From contig JBLWTJ010000003.1 of assembly GCA_048270185.1 (NCBI GenBank), forward strand, positions 192,001 through 256,000: a stretch of 64,000 nt of DNA, read 5' to 3'. This stretch comes from Bacteriovoracaceae bacterium. Its GTDB lineage: Bacteria; Bdellovibrionota; Bacteriovoracia; Bacteriovoracales; Bacteriovoracaceae. The notes under the pieces are model-generated. The model was not told where the DNA came from and did no database searches. It worked only from the letters and a program-made list of their open reading frames with translations. Both the position numbers and the translations under genes were made by a program. Below are positions 28,956 through 39,640 of this stretch, piece after piece. How positions within the stretch are numbered: position 1 is the first letter of the stretch; each line of letters starts with the position of its first letter.

Positions 28956-30275
28956 ATGAATCCAACAAATCTACAGTTAGTAGGTACGATTCTATTTGCA
29001 TGTGCAATTTTACACACATTTTTAGTTTCAAAAATTCAACACTTAGCTCACAAGTACCCTGAAGGGTCGATGATGGAAAACCTGCTACACTTCTTAGGTG
29101 AAGTTGAAGCAGTTTTCGGTATGTGGGCCGCAGCCTTCATTGTTTACTACAGTGCCACTCATGGCTTTGCTGTTTATGATGATGCACATAAAGTAGTAGG
29201 TGGAGCTCTTAAATATCTTGAGCAAGACGTTAACTACACAGAAGCGGGATTCGTTTTCGTTATCATGTGTATGGCAGGGACAAGACCAATTATTCTTCTT
29301 GCTGAAAAAATCATTAGTATGATTGCAAAGCTTATCCCTATGCCAGGTAAAATGGCATTCTATGTTTCTGCTCTAATCATTGGACCAATTTTAGGATCAT
29401 TTATTACAGAGCCTGCGGCAATGACAGTTACTGCACTTATCCTTCTTGACTACTTCTTCTCTGATGACAAGATGAGCATGAAATTTAAGTATGCAACAAT
29501 TGGTCTACTATTTGTAAACGTATCAATCGGTGGAACTCTATCTCACTTTGCTGCCCCTCCTGTTTTAATGGTTGCAGGTAAGTGGCATTGGGGATTCATG
29601 CATATGTTAACAAACTTTGGTTATAAGGCTACAGTTTCGATTATTATTGGAACACTTGTAATCGCATTCTTATTTAAGAATGAACTACAAGGAAAGCTTG
29701 AAATTAAACAAAAGCATGACAACTGGATGGCACCAACTTGGTGGATGACATTAATCCACATTATCTTTATGGCACTAGTTGTTTTCTCTGCTCACCACAT
29801 GGTTTTCTTCCTTGGTCTTTTCCTATTCTTCCTAGGTTTCACAACTGTTACGAAAGAATACCAAGACGAAATTAAACTTAAAGAATCTCTTCTTGTTGGT
29901 TTCTTCCTTGCTGGTCTTGTAACTCTTGGTGGACAACAAGGATGGTGGCTACAACCAATTCTAACTAAGCTAGGTGATTTTGTTCTATTTGTTGGTGCAA
30001 CTTCACTAACTGCTATTACAGATAACGCTGCCCTGACTTATCTTGGGACGCTCGTTGAACTTAGTGATTCAGCTAAGTACAACCTTGTTGCTGGTGCTGT
30101 TGCTGGTGGTGGTCTAACAGTTATTGCTAACGCTCCAAACCCAGCTGGTTTTGGTATCCTAAAGGGAACTTTTGGAAAAGAGGGAATTAATCCAGGAAAG
30201 CTACTTCTTGGTGCACTTTTCCCAACAATTTTAGCAATGATCTTTTTTCAAATTCTTCCAAATTTAGGGAAGTAG
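28956..30275 (+). CDS. putative Na+/H+ antiporter (DUF1504-like)
   Basis: Many TM helices; HFLGEVEAVFG, GSFITEPAAMT, NVSIGG.L..FAAPP, TDNAALTYL, GGLTVIANAPNPAG. Confidence 0.82.
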   Translation: MNPTNLQLVGTILFACAILHTFLVSKIQHLAHKYPEGSMMENLLHFLGEVEAVFGMWAAAFIVYYSATHGFAVYDDAHKVVGGALKYLEQDVNYTEAGFVFVIMCMAGTRPIILLAEKIISMIAKLIPMPGKMAFYVSALIIGPILGSFITEPAAMTVTALILLDYFFSDDKMSMKFKYATIGLLFVNVSIGGTLSHFAAPPVLMVAGKWHWGFMHMLTNFGYKATVSIIIGTLVIAFLFKNELQGKLEIKQKHDNWMAPTWWMTLIHIIFMALVVFSAHHMVFFLGLFLFFLGFTTVTKEYQDEIKLKESLLVGFFLAGLVTLGGQQGWWLQPILTKLGDFVLFVGATSLTAITDNAALTYLGTLVELSDSAKYNLVAGAVAGGGLTVIANAPNPAGFGILKGTFGKEGINPGKLLLGALFPTILAMIFFQILPNLGK

Positions 30276-30282
30276 AAATAGC

Positions 30283-30306
30283 AAGGGCCTCAATCGAGGC
30301 CCTTTT
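30283..30306 (+). terminator. intrinsic terminator
   Basis: aagggcctc-aatc-gaggccctt followed by a T-run. Confidence 0.8.
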
Positions 30307-30342
30307 TATTTGATGTCTATTTAATTACTTTAATTGATTTAA

Positions 30343-31395
30343 TTAAAGATTCACAATCCAATTAAATTGATCTTCAATTGTCTTTTCTTGAATACCTAAG
30401 AGAGTTTCTCTAAGCATCTTAGTCGTTGGTCCAAATTCTTCTTGAATGTTAACAAAGCTTCCGTCATCTTCATGAAGGGAGCAGATAGGTGTGATAATAG
30501 CGGCCGTTCCACAAGAGAAGCATTCAGTACATTTCTTAGAACGAATATCTTCAATAAGCTCATCAATATTCATCTTGCGTTCAATAACTGTCAGGCCTTT
30601 TGAGCGAGCAATATCAATGAGTGATCTTCTTGTGATTCCATCTAAGATTGTTTCTGTAAGCTCTGGCGTGTGAATTTCCCCGTTAATAACTGCAAAGAAA
30701 TTCATTCCGCTTAGCTCTTCGATTGAAGTGCGATCAAGGGCCGAAAGCCAAAGGTTTTGGTGAAGACCTTTCTGCTGAGTGCGTACTGCTGAGTTAAGGG
30801 CACCGGCGTAGTTACCACCTGTTTTAGCATTGCCCATCCCTCCTGGACATGCTCTAACCATTTGCCTTTCAACGAGAACCTTATAGCTTCCACCTGAGAA
30901 GTAAGATTCAACAGGAGAGGCGATAACCATGAAGAGAAACTCTTCACTTGGTTTAATTCCAAGGTTATTTTCTGTGGCAATCATAAAAGGTCTAATATAG
31001 AGAGACTCACCACTTCTTTTTGGAATAAAGTTTTCACCCATTTTTACAATTGTATTAATGGCGTTTGTAAAAATCTCATTTGGTACTTCTGGCATGGCCA
31101 TACGACGAGCAGAAAAATTAAAACGCTTTAGGTTTTCTATAGGACGAAATAGGTTAGGCCCATTTCCTTTGAAATTATAGGCCTTCATTCCTTCAAAGAT
31201 CTCTTGACCATAGTGAAGAACTTTACAAGTTGGATCGAGTTCTAGTTTAGCGTAAGGCTTTACTGTTAGCTCTCCCCATTCTCCTCGTTTGTATTCACAT
31301 GTGGCCATAATTGGTAGTAGGACTTTACCAAATCCCACTTTATCAGGCATAGAAAACTCTTCGATGGCCTTTTTGGCGCTATCTAATATATTCAT
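30343..31395 (-). CDS. ilvE: branched-chain amino acid aminotransferase
   Basis: LHYGQEIFEGMKA, LYIRPF, AKTGGNY, ILDGITR, CGTAA. Confidence 0.95.
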   Translation of the reverse strand: MNILDSAKKAIEEFSMPDKVGFGKVLLPIMATCEYKRGEWGELTVKPYAKLELDPTCKVLHYGQEIFEGMKAYNFKGNGPNLFRPIENLKRFNFSARRMAMPEVPNEIFTNAINTIVKMGENFIPKRSGESLYIRPFMIATENNLGIKPSEEFLFMVIASPVESYFSGGSYKVLVERQMVRACPGGMGNAKTGGNYAGALNSAVRTQQKGLHQNLWLSALDRTSIEELSGMNFFAVINGEIHTPELTETILDGITRRSLIDIARSKGLTVIERKMNIDELIEDIRSKKCTECFSCGTAAIITPICSLHEDDGSFVNIQEEFGPTTKMLRETLLGIQEKTIEDQFNWIVNL

Positions 31396-31419
31396 AAATC
31401 TCCCAAAATCGAATCTATT

Positions 31420-31704
31420 CTACTTACAGTTATAGCCTACGCCATAAACTTTCCAAGTATTTCCTTGGTTAACAGATTCTTTGACATAAAGAGTATTCGC
31501 ACCTTCTTCGGCAACTAGATTTGTTGCGTGGTTGATGGCAAGTTCTTTAATTCCATCTTCATTCTCACCAACAACACTTTTAAAAGGCGAACAGTTCTTT
31601 CTTGGTTTTTGATAAGTTACCTTAACTTTTTCACCGGCTTTAGTTAATTTAGTTTTAGAAACAGCACAGCTGCAAAGTAGTAATACCATAAATAAATTTC
31701 TCAT
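31420..31704 (-). CDS. small lipoprotein (DUF4156-like)
   Basis: GGAGG RBS, MRNLFMVLLLCSC lipobox, LTKAGEKVKV, GANT, C-terminal YNC. Confidence 0.7.
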   Translation of the reverse strand: MRNLFMVLLLCSCAVSKTKLTKAGEKVKVTYQKPRKNCSPFKSVVGENEDGIKELAINHATNLVAEEGANTLYVKESVNQGNTWKVYGVGYNCK

Positions 31705-31779
31705 AAATCCTCCGTGAATCTTGAATATCCTAACAAAAAGAGTGCGATGTTGCTTAGGTTTGTGCGTCAATTTTATCTT

Positions 31780-31808
31780 TTGACGGAGCTAGGGTTTTGG
31801 AATATTAT
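31780..31808 (+). promoter_or_regulatory. sigma70 promoter of tRNA-Val
   Basis: TTGACG-N17-TATTAT. Confidence 0.75.
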
Positions 31809-31822
31809 TTTTGGACACTTGT

Positions 31823-31899
<77 letters not shown>

Positions 31900-31916
31900 T
31901 CTTTATTTCCTCAATA

Positions 31917-32807
31917 TTAATGATTAATCTGGCGAAGGCTTTCTGCTTTGCTCAGTTTCGGCTTAATTGTTTTCACATTATCGCTACTTCTCATATAGTC
32001 AGCATTAACAAAGGTCATACTAAAACGTGAACCAATACCATCTGAATTATTATAGGCCTTAATATCACCCCCATAGAATTTGAGATATTTTTTTACAACG
32101 GGAAGTCCAAAGCCCGAGCCTTCTTCGCCGTGAGTTCCTTCTCGATGTGTCTCATTCGTAAACGAAAACAACCCCTTGATCATACTCTCTGGAATTCCTA
32201 TTCCTTGATCAATAATATCCACGTTAATGATAGATGATCGACTTGAAACTTTAATGAATATTTCAGATCCCTCTGGGGAGAATTTAGAAGCATTTGTAAT
32301 GAGGTTTGTGAAGACACTATGACTAAGAGATGATGGCTCGGCCATAGCACGAAGATTCGCATAATCTCCTTCAACTCGAATATGTTGATTCTTCTTTTCA
32401 AGGCGTTTACGAATTAATTGAATGGCACTTTCAATGCTGTCTTTGACTGAGACAGGCTCGAGCTTCATATTTGATTTACCTGATTCAATAGATTGAATCT
32501 TTCGAATATGCTGGATCAGCTCACTCATATTTTCAATCACACCGTTGACGCGTCCTAAATTCTTTAGGATTCCATCCTTGTCCTTCATCTGTAAGATTGA
32601 GGAATCACTTAGAAGTGATAAGAGGGTTGTTGAATTTGATAGATCGTGAAAGAGAACCGAGAGTAGGTGTTGTTTTTCTTCGAGCTTTCTTTTGAGGTCG
32701 CGATTATCAACTTCTAGCTGCTTGTTTTGAATGACTTGATGGGTAATCAGTATCAAACTGCCTAAAAGCAATACTGTCAAAAAGCCTATTAGATAAATCA
32801 CATGCAT
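31917..32807 (-). CDS. orphan sensor histidine kinase (one TM, no obvious sensor domain)
   Basis: HDL H-box, NLITNASKF, DQGIGI, GSGFGL. Confidence 0.9.
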   Translation of the reverse strand: MHVIYLIGFLTVLLLGSLILITHQVIQNKQLEVDNRDLKRKLEEKQHLLSVLFHDLSNSTTLLSLLSDSSILQMKDKDGILKNLGRVNGVIENMSELIQHIRKIQSIESGKSNMKLEPVSVKDSIESAIQLIRKRLEKKNQHIRVEGDYANLRAMAEPSSLSHSVFTNLITNASKFSPEGSEIFIKVSSRSSIINVDIIDQGIGIPESMIKGLFSFTNETHREGTHGEEGSGFGLPVVKKYLKFYGGDIKAYNNSDGIGSRFSMTFVNADYMRSSDNVKTIKPKLSKAESLRQINH

Positions 32808-32990
32808 CCCTTCGAGTGGTGTAGTTTAGAACCAATTAATTTTGTAGGATTTTATCGATCTTTATCGACATAACCAAGGTAGGCAGAGTAATCTTAACTT
32901 AAATTAAGAATGATTTTTGACAATCTCGCAGGGCCTAAAATAGCTGATATCAAATAGACTGATGCCCTCAAATCAAGTAGACTTGCCGTA

Positions 32991-34646
32991 ATGAAAAGCT
33001 ATCTTAATAAAAAGTTAACGTCCTTAATCGTGACGCAATTTATCCAGTATTGGTACTACTATATTGGTGCCTTTATCTGTCTCTATCTAACTCATAGTAT
33101 TCAAAGTGAGCTACCATTTTTGGCCAAGGATTTAGCAGATCAAATTTCAAAAGGTATCTCAATTCCTGTCGGCCACCTCTTCTTGCTTGCTCTTGGAATT
33201 ATTATTTTTAGAACCTCTTCGCGCTTACTCTTCTTCTACCCAGCAAGGGTTCTTCAAAAAGTTCTACGCTTTGATCTTATGAAGAAATTAGAAGCCGCAG
33301 GGCCTAGTCGCTACAAGGATTATCCTAAGGGACAAATCTTTCAAATAATAGGGGGAGACCTAGAGCACGTTAGGGCCCTCATTGGATTTGCTCTACTTCA
33401 GATTGCCAATATCATTATTGGAATGTCTGTCCTTGTGCCAAAACTTCTAAGTTTTAATAAGGGGATCTTCATTGCCATGTCGCCAATGTTTATTGCCTTC
33501 ATTATTTTTTCAGTAATTGTTTCAACAAATCGAAAGTTCTATCGACTGACACAAGACCTGCAAGGTGATGTGCAAAACTTTATTATTGAAACATATGCTG
33601 GAAAGAAAACAATTAAGAACTTCCATGCGGAAAAAGCATTTGTTCACTTATTCACTGAACGCTCAAAAGAAGAGTTAAAGAATTTCTTTGAAGCAGGAAA
33701 ACGAGTTTCGATTTCGATTCCACTCGTTCCCGCCGGTGTAGGTCTCTCTCTTGTATGGGGAGCCTATATTATTTTTAATGAACAATTAGGAGCTTCATCA
33801 CTTATCTTGTTTTCTGGATTTGTCTTCTTATTCTTAGAGCCAATTATGTTCCTTGCTTGGATTGGGGTGGTCTTTACTCGCTCTGCTGGAGCTTGGGCAA
33901 GAGTTCAAGAATTCGTTGCCGTTCTTGATAAGGAAAGTGAATTAGAAACACTTTTAAAAAGAGAGTACTCACTTAAGAAAAAAGGTGATGGTCTCGAATT
34001 ACAGCTTCCGTATTGGGAGAGTGATATTTTACTTCAAATAGAATTAGGTAAGAAGAATGCCATTGTTGGAAAAACAGGTTGTGGTAAATCTGAGCTACTT
34101 GTTAAGATTGCTCAGCTTTTAAAAGAAAATAAGATGAGTACAAGTTATGTTGCTCAGGATCCATATCTTTATAATGGAAGTATTTTAGAGAATATTACTC
34201 TTGGACAAGAACTCGATGAGGCGGGCCTTGTAAGAGCTTACGAGCTTCTGCAAATTTTTGGACTTGATTACTTAGCTAGAGATCGTGAGAGTTTATTTAA
34301 TCTTGTTGTTGGTGAAAATGGAAAGAGGCTCTCAGGTGGTCAAATTAAACGAGTAGCACTTATTAAGTCACTCCTTTTTGAGAGTGATTTCATTATATGG
34401 GATGATCCTTTCTCATCTGTGGACGTTGTTCTTGAAAGAGATATCTTAAAGAGATTAAATGAAATGAAAATGTTTGAAGGGAGGACTCTTATCCTTTCGA
34501 CACACAGATACACAACTGCACTTCAGTGTGACTTTATAAGCCTTACTTGCGAAAAGGGCGGGCTTCTAGAGACAATGACGGCAAAAAATATGAACGAAAC
34601 TAACGAAGGGGAGATCTATGAGCATTTTAAAAAGCAGCTCCTCTAA
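32991..34646 (+). CDS. ABC exporter, fused TMD-NBD subunit 1
   Basis: TM domain, GKTGCGKS, LSGGQ, IIWDD. Confidence 0.9.
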   Translation: MKSYLNKKLTSLIVTQFIQYWYYYIGAFICLYLTHSIQSELPFLAKDLADQISKGISIPVGHLFLLALGIIIFRTSSRLLFFYPARVLQKVLRFDLMKKLEAAGPSRYKDYPKGQIFQIIGGDLEHVRALIGFALLQIANIIIGMSVLVPKLLSFNKGIFIAMSPMFIAFIIFSVIVSTNRKFYRLTQDLQGDVQNFIIETYAGKKTIKNFHAEKAFVHLFTERSKEELKNFFEAGKRVSISIPLVPAGVGLSLVWGAYIIFNEQLGASSLILFSGFVFLFLEPIMFLAWIGVVFTRSAGAWARVQEFVAVLDKESELETLLKREYSLKKKGDGLELQLPYWESDILLQIELGKKNAIVGKTGCGKSELLVKIAQLLKENKMSTSYVAQDPYLYNGSILENITLGQELDEAGLVRAYELLQIFGLDYLARDRESLFNLVVGENGKRLSGGQIKRVALIKSLLFESDFIIWDDPFSSVDVVLERDILKRLNEMKMFEGRTLILSTHRYTTALQCDFISLTCEKGGLLETMTAKNMNETNEGEIYEHFKKQLL

Positions 34647-36378
34647 ATTCTTATTCTACGAAGGCTCAAGAAAGTATCTCATTGGGATGATTCTTTGTTT
34701 AATTATTTCAAGTGTTCTCGGTGGTGCACTTCCTCAATTTATTGTAAGACTTACTTCAAGTTACGAGAATGAGCCTGTTTATCGCCAGACGCTTTTAATT
34801 TTAACAGTTATCTTCCTCGGTGGTCTTGTTAACCGAGCAGTTTATAACTTAGTTATCAATCACTATGTTGTTGGACTTGTACAATTTGTTCGCACTCACT
34901 GTTATTCAAAGTGGCTCTTAAGTGTTGAAATTCAAACGTCGAAAGAAAATCGCAATGACCGCTACCCTCAAGGTGAAGTACTTGCTCGTATAATGAATGA
35001 TACAGAAAGCTTAAGAGAACTTGTCACTTCGGGAACATTTGGAATCATTATTGATATCTTCTTTGTTCTTGCTTCTTTGGTGAGCTTCTTTAGTTTTAAT
35101 ATTCTAGCGGGATCATACTTGGCCGTTCTTCAGATTGGGGCCTGTTTACTTCTTATCTGGTGCTCAAAGTATATGCGTGCTGTTTTCTTAAGTGTTAGAA
35201 ATTCACGAGCGAAGCTCTACCGTGTTGTCGCAGATCTCATTGGTGGAGTGAGAGAAAATTATTACAACCCAACTAGTCAGTATACTTCTAAGAAATCACT
35301 TGTGGTCTTTGATGAGTTCTTAAAGAAAATCCTTTCATCAAATGTTTGGGATGCATCTTATTATTCATTCGCTGAATCACTATTTCCGGTCTTTCTTGCA
35401 TGTGCAATCTTCATCATTCCAAATAGTGGGATTACACAGATTGCACTGATCTTTGCTTTCATTGATTTAATTCAACGCTCGATTGGGCCAATTAAAGATG
35501 TTTCATCTAAAGTTGCTAATATTCAAAGAGCGGCCACTGGGATTGGCCGTATTGACGAGTTCTTAACTGATCTTGATAAAGACCAAGCAACAGATGCTGA
35601 TGCAGTTAGAAGAAGTTATGATGTTAAGACGATTCATATTGATATTGAGAAGTTCACATATCCAGCAAAGAGTGAAAACTCAACACCATTTGTTCTTGAA
35701 GGAATCGATTTTGAATGTAAGCAAGGTGATCTCATTGGGATTGTAGGACTATCTGGAAGTGGAAAGTCGACGCTTCTTAATATCTTGGCCGCCAATATTA
35801 TTCCTGATGTTGGAAAGGTTAGTGTCGAAAATCACGACGGAGCTAAGAAAGAATATGATTTTAAATTCATCGAAGACTTTAATGAATACCGAGAGCTCAT
35901 TGGAATTGTTTCTCAAGATTCACATATCTTTTCTGAGTCTGTTGAATTCAATATAACATTAGGACAAGCTGGCTTTGGAAATTTTGAAAGTTTCTGGCAT
36001 GAAGTTTGTACAAAGATTCCATATCTCAATCGCTGGGGAATAGGTCCAGATACTGTACTTGATCAAAATGAAATTTCACTAGGGCAGAAGCAGTTAATCT
36101 CGGCCATTCGATCGTGCTACCTAAAAAAACCAATTGTTCTCTTTGATGAAATCTCTTCATCCCTTGATAGCGACCTTGAAGAGGCCCTTCGCAGCATGAT
36201 TCTCTTTGTGCAAAAACAGGCCTTAACAATGATTGTTGCTCATCGAGTTGAAACGATACTTGATGCTCAGCAGATCCTTGTTATGGAAGGTGGCCGTATT
36301 GTGGCCAAAGGAATTCATCAAGAGCTCATGGAGAAATCTAGTGAATATGAACTTTTTGTTAAACAATTATCGAATTGA
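34618..36378 (+). CDS. ABC exporter, fused TMD-NBD subunit 2
   Basis: TM domain, GLSGSGKS, ISLGQ, VLFDE, VAHR. Confidence 0.9.
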   Translation: MSILKSSSSKFLFYEGSRKYLIGMILCLIISSVLGGALPQFIVRLTSSYENEPVYRQTLLILTVIFLGGLVNRAVYNLVINHYVVGLVQFVRTHCYSKWLLSVEIQTSKENRNDRYPQGEVLARIMNDTESLRELVTSGTFGIIIDIFFVLASLVSFFSFNILAGSYLAVLQIGACLLLIWCSKYMRAVFLSVRNSRAKLYRVVADLIGGVRENYYNPTSQYTSKKSLVVFDEFLKKILSSNVWDASYYSFAESLFPVFLACAIFIIPNSGITQIALIFAFIDLIQRSIGPIKDVSSKVANIQRAATGIGRIDEFLTDLDKDQATDADAVRRSYDVKTIHIDIEKFTYPAKSENSTPFVLEGIDFECKQGDLIGIVGLSGSGKSTLLNILAANIIPDVGKVSVENHDGAKKEYDFKFIEDFNEYRELIGIVSQDSHIFSESVEFNITLGQAGFGNFESFWHEVCTKIPYLNRWGIGPDTVLDQNEISLGQKQLISAIRSCYLKKPIVLFDEISSSLDSDLEEALRSMILFVQKQALTMIVAHRVETILDAQQILVMEGGRIVAKGIHQELMEKSSEYELFVKQLSN

Positions 36379-36457
36379 CAAAAAAATGACGATTCACTTA
36401 ATGCATTATTTATTTTTTTTACATATAATTAGTTTAAATTGATGTAAGGAGAATATC

Positions 36458-37504
36458 ATGTTTAAGAAATCCAAGATTGCTCTTGGCCTTGTTGTTATTT
36501 CTGCAATGGGACTAATTGCATGTTCAAGCGATGTAAATTCAAAACCAAACTTTCTATTTAAGAAAGCACCAAATGCAACATCTGTAATTAAGTTTAATGG
36601 TAAAGAAGTAAGTTATGACGAACTTTATAAAGGTTCAGAAGCTGAGTTATATGAAGTACAAATGAAATTGTATGAACTAAAGCTTGGAAAGGTTAAGGCC
36701 TATATTCTTGAGCAGTTTAAAAATGAAGACCCGGCCCGCTCTTCAATGACAATGGAACAATTCATTGATGTTGTTATCGCTAAAGATATTAAAATCTCAG
36801 ATGCTGAAGTAGATGCTTTTGCAAAAGAGAGAAAGATTCCTGAGGTAAATCCTCAGTTAAAAGCAAGAATTATTGATTTCTTAAAGAATTCAAAGAAGCG
36901 TGATGCCATCGAAGCTTACCTTGCTAAGAAGACTAAGAATAATCCTGTTGAGATCTATTTAGAGAAGCCTGCGCGTCCAAGAATTGATATTCCTGTCACT
37001 GGTACTGAGCCAAGCTTTGGTGGTAAAGATGTTGCAGTAACAATTGTTGAATTCTCTGACTTTCAGTGTCCATACTGTGCAAAGGGTGTTGAAATTATGA
37101 ATCAGATCAAGAAAACTTACGGAAATAAAGTTAAGATCGTTTTCAAAAACTTCCCACTTAGTTTTCACAAAGACGCTGCTAAAGCTGCAGAAGCTGCACT
37201 TTGTGCAAATGAACAGAGTAGTGATAAATTTTGGAAACTTCACGATGCGATGTTTGCTGACCAATCTGGTCTGGCAATCGATGGGCTAAAAGCAAAAGCT
37301 GGAAAAGTTGGACTTGATCAGAAGAAATTTGATGAGTGTCTGGACTCAGGAAAAATGAAAGCTGCCGTTGATGGAACTGTTAAAGAAGGAATGGATGTGG
37401 GTGTAAAATCAACTCCAACTTTCTATGTTAATGGAATGCTAATTAATGGAGCTCAACCATTTGAAATCTTTAAAGAACTAATTGATTCTGAATTAGCGAA
37501 GTAA
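36458..37504 (+). CDS. DsbA-family thioredoxin lipoprotein with N-terminal helical (SurA-N-like) region
   Basis: Lipobox LIAC, EFSDFQCPYC, FKNFPL, GVKSTPTFYVNG. Confidence 0.9.
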   Translation: MFKKSKIALGLVVISAMGLIACSSDVNSKPNFLFKKAPNATSVIKFNGKEVSYDELYKGSEAELYEVQMKLYELKLGKVKAYILEQFKNEDPARSSMTMEQFIDVVIAKDIKISDAEVDAFAKERKIPEVNPQLKARIIDFLKNSKKRDAIEAYLAKKTKNNPVEIYLEKPARPRIDIPVTGTEPSFGGKDVAVTIVEFSDFQCPYCAKGVEIMNQIKKTYGNKVKIVFKNFPLSFHKDAAKAAEAALCANEQSSDKFWKLHDAMFADQSGLAIDGLKAKAGKVGLDQKKFDECLDSGKMKAAVDGTVKEGMDVGVKSTPTFYVNGMLINGAQPFEIFKELIDSELAK

Positions 37505-37537
37505 TTTAGTCATATATTTAAATTGACCATATAAACG

Positions 37538-37566
37538 AAGGCCGGGCATTTATTCCCGGCCTTTTT
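37538..37566 (+). terminator. intrinsic terminator
   Basis: aaggccggg-N8-cccggcctt followed by a T-run. Confidence 0.82.
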
Positions 37567-37593
37567 AAATTCTGCATAATTGATAGAATAGAG

Positions 37594-39597
37594 GTGGTAT
37601 ATAACGCCTTGACGTGGAAGAATTATATGGAAATTAAAGATTATTCAAAGAGATTGGCAGATCATCGAAACAATTTTAACCGCATGGCCGAAGAGCAGCG
37701 TGAGAATTATAACCGTGAAATCGATGAACTAAAAGATACACAGGCCTATCGTTTAAATAAACAAAGAAAGTCATACGATAATTCCCTTAATAAATTAGAA
37801 GAAAAGCAAGATACATTTCGTGAAGTTGCAACACAAGATACAAAGAAGCGAGTGGAGTCTTTACAAAAAGACTTTATGAAGAAACTTGGAAGTAATAAGA
37901 GTGAGTTCGAGCGCGATCGAAAAGATTATCAAGACAAGTTCAACAATCGTTTTCAAGATATTCGTCAAGCTTATGAGGCCAAAGATCTGGCCAAAGAAAA
38001 TCAAATGAGTAATCGTATTGGTTCTCAGCAAAGACGCTATAGTGAAACTATTGATAAGATGAATGATCACTTCAATGACACGATTGATAAGGTCTATGCA
38101 AATTCACGTGAAACAGCTCACGATCATGAATTAAATACGAAGAATGATCGTCGCGCACTTATTGATCGCTATGAAAGTGAGATCCGTGACAATTTGAAAG
38201 AGTCAGGGGAGAAGCGTGCTAAAATCTATGAGCGCTTTAGCGAAGATGTAAATAATTTAAGAAATACTCATAAAGATCGTGAAAACTCATTAAAAGATTA
38301 TCAAAATGAGCGTATCAAAGATATGACGGCCCAAAAAGATGAGCAATTAGCACAGAATCAAAAGAGTTTTAAAAACTCAATTGATGATATCAATGATCGT
38401 AATTCAAGAAAGCAAATGGTCATTCAAAGGGATTCAAAGCAAATGGCCAAGGATCTCGAAAATCGTCATGCTAAAGAACTATATCGTGCTCGTCGCGAAA
38501 TGAATCAAAAGCTTTCGGGTGGAAGCCGTGAAGATATTTTCAATGATAAGCTTGAGCAAACAGAAAGAGGCTATGAGACGCGAATTAAAAATATTCGTGA
38601 TCAAATTGACTTAGACCGTTTCAATGCTGATGTTCAAGAGCGACGTCGAAATCAGTCAACTAAAGAAGCTCTACGACACCAAAAGCAAAGATCATCTGAG
38701 TATATTGCAGATCTTGAAAAAGATATGGCGCAATTTAAAAAAGATAAGCTTAGTGAAATCAATATTGAAGTTAACCGTGATGTTGAAGAGCTTCAGGATA
38801 ATTTTAAGCGACAAGTAAGAGAAAAAGAAGTTGAAGCATATAATGATAAGAATCACTCAAAGAATATTTTAGAAAAGCAGAGAAAGCAATTTGGTGAAAC
38901 TCTACAAAAAATGAGTGATAAGAACTCAGAAGCAGTTTCTCAAATGCAAGAAGACTTTGCTGATGAGTCAAAAGAGTTTATTCAAAAGACTCATTTAGAT
39001 CATTCAAAAGAGATGCAAGAAGCCAAAGAGCACTTCATTGAAAATAAAGCAAAACTTACTCAATCTTTAACGCAAAAGATTGAACTCTTAGAAGAGAATA
39101 ATGACAAGTTAATTTCTTCTTATGAAGCTAAGCTTAGTCGTTTAAAGAAGGCCAATGCAAAAGAGATTGAAAGAATTAGAATGAATCATCATATGCAATC
39201 TGAGCATTTGAAGGAAGAAACGAAGAATGTGATTGCCCTTAAAGATAGGGAAAACCAAAGTACTATTGCTCAACTGAGAGGAGATTTTGACAAGCGTCTA
39301 TCTCAAGTTAAACAAAGAGCAGACATTCAGGTAAAAAGAATGGTAGAGTACTATGAAGATAACTTAGCACGTGAGCGTGATGAGTCTCAAAGAAAGTATA
39401 TTAGTAAAGTGACAGAACTTGAAAATCAATACAATACTCTTTATGAGAACTCAAAGCTTGAGCGTTCGAACCTTATTAACCAATATGAGAATCGTATTGA
39501 AGAAGTTCGTGCTGCAAATGCTGAGGCGCTGGAAGAGAGAGCTCGTGATATCAAAACAGGAATGTTTAAAGAGCAACAAGATTCTCGAAAAGCTTAA
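37594..39597 (+). CDS. long charged coiled-coil protein
   Basis: 667 aa rich in E/K/R/Q/D, no Pro or Cys, no TM; start may be ATG 37627. Confidence 0.85.
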   Translation: MVYNALTWKNYMEIKDYSKRLADHRNNFNRMAEEQRENYNREIDELKDTQAYRLNKQRKSYDNSLNKLEEKQDTFREVATQDTKKRVESLQKDFMKKLGSNKSEFERDRKDYQDKFNNRFQDIRQAYEAKDLAKENQMSNRIGSQQRRYSETIDKMNDHFNDTIDKVYANSRETAHDHELNTKNDRRALIDRYESEIRDNLKESGEKRAKIYERFSEDVNNLRNTHKDRENSLKDYQNERIKDMTAQKDEQLAQNQKSFKNSIDDINDRNSRKQMVIQRDSKQMAKDLENRHAKELYRARREMNQKLSGGSREDIFNDKLEQTERGYETRIKNIRDQIDLDRFNADVQERRRNQSTKEALRHQKQRSSEYIADLEKDMAQFKKDKLSEINIEVNRDVEELQDNFKRQVREKEVEAYNDKNHSKNILEKQRKQFGETLQKMSDKNSEAVSQMQEDFADESKEFIQKTHLDHSKEMQEAKEHFIENKAKLTQSLTQKIELLEENNDKLISSYEAKLSRLKKANAKEIERIRMNHHMQSEHLKEETKNVIALKDRENQSTIAQLRGDFDKRLSQVKQRADIQVKRMVEYYEDNLARERDESQRKYISKVTELENQYNTLYENSKLERSNLINQYENRIEEVRAANAEALEERARDIKTGMFKEQQDSRKA

Positions 39598-39640
39598 AGT
39601 ATAAAATAAATAAATTATTATATAAATTAAGGGAGAGTTA

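Noticed and set aside
32991..36378. Degenerate ABC motifs (WDD Walker B, ISLGQ signature) as a sign of pseudogenes
   Set aside because: One degenerate ATP site is normal for heterodimeric ABC exporters.
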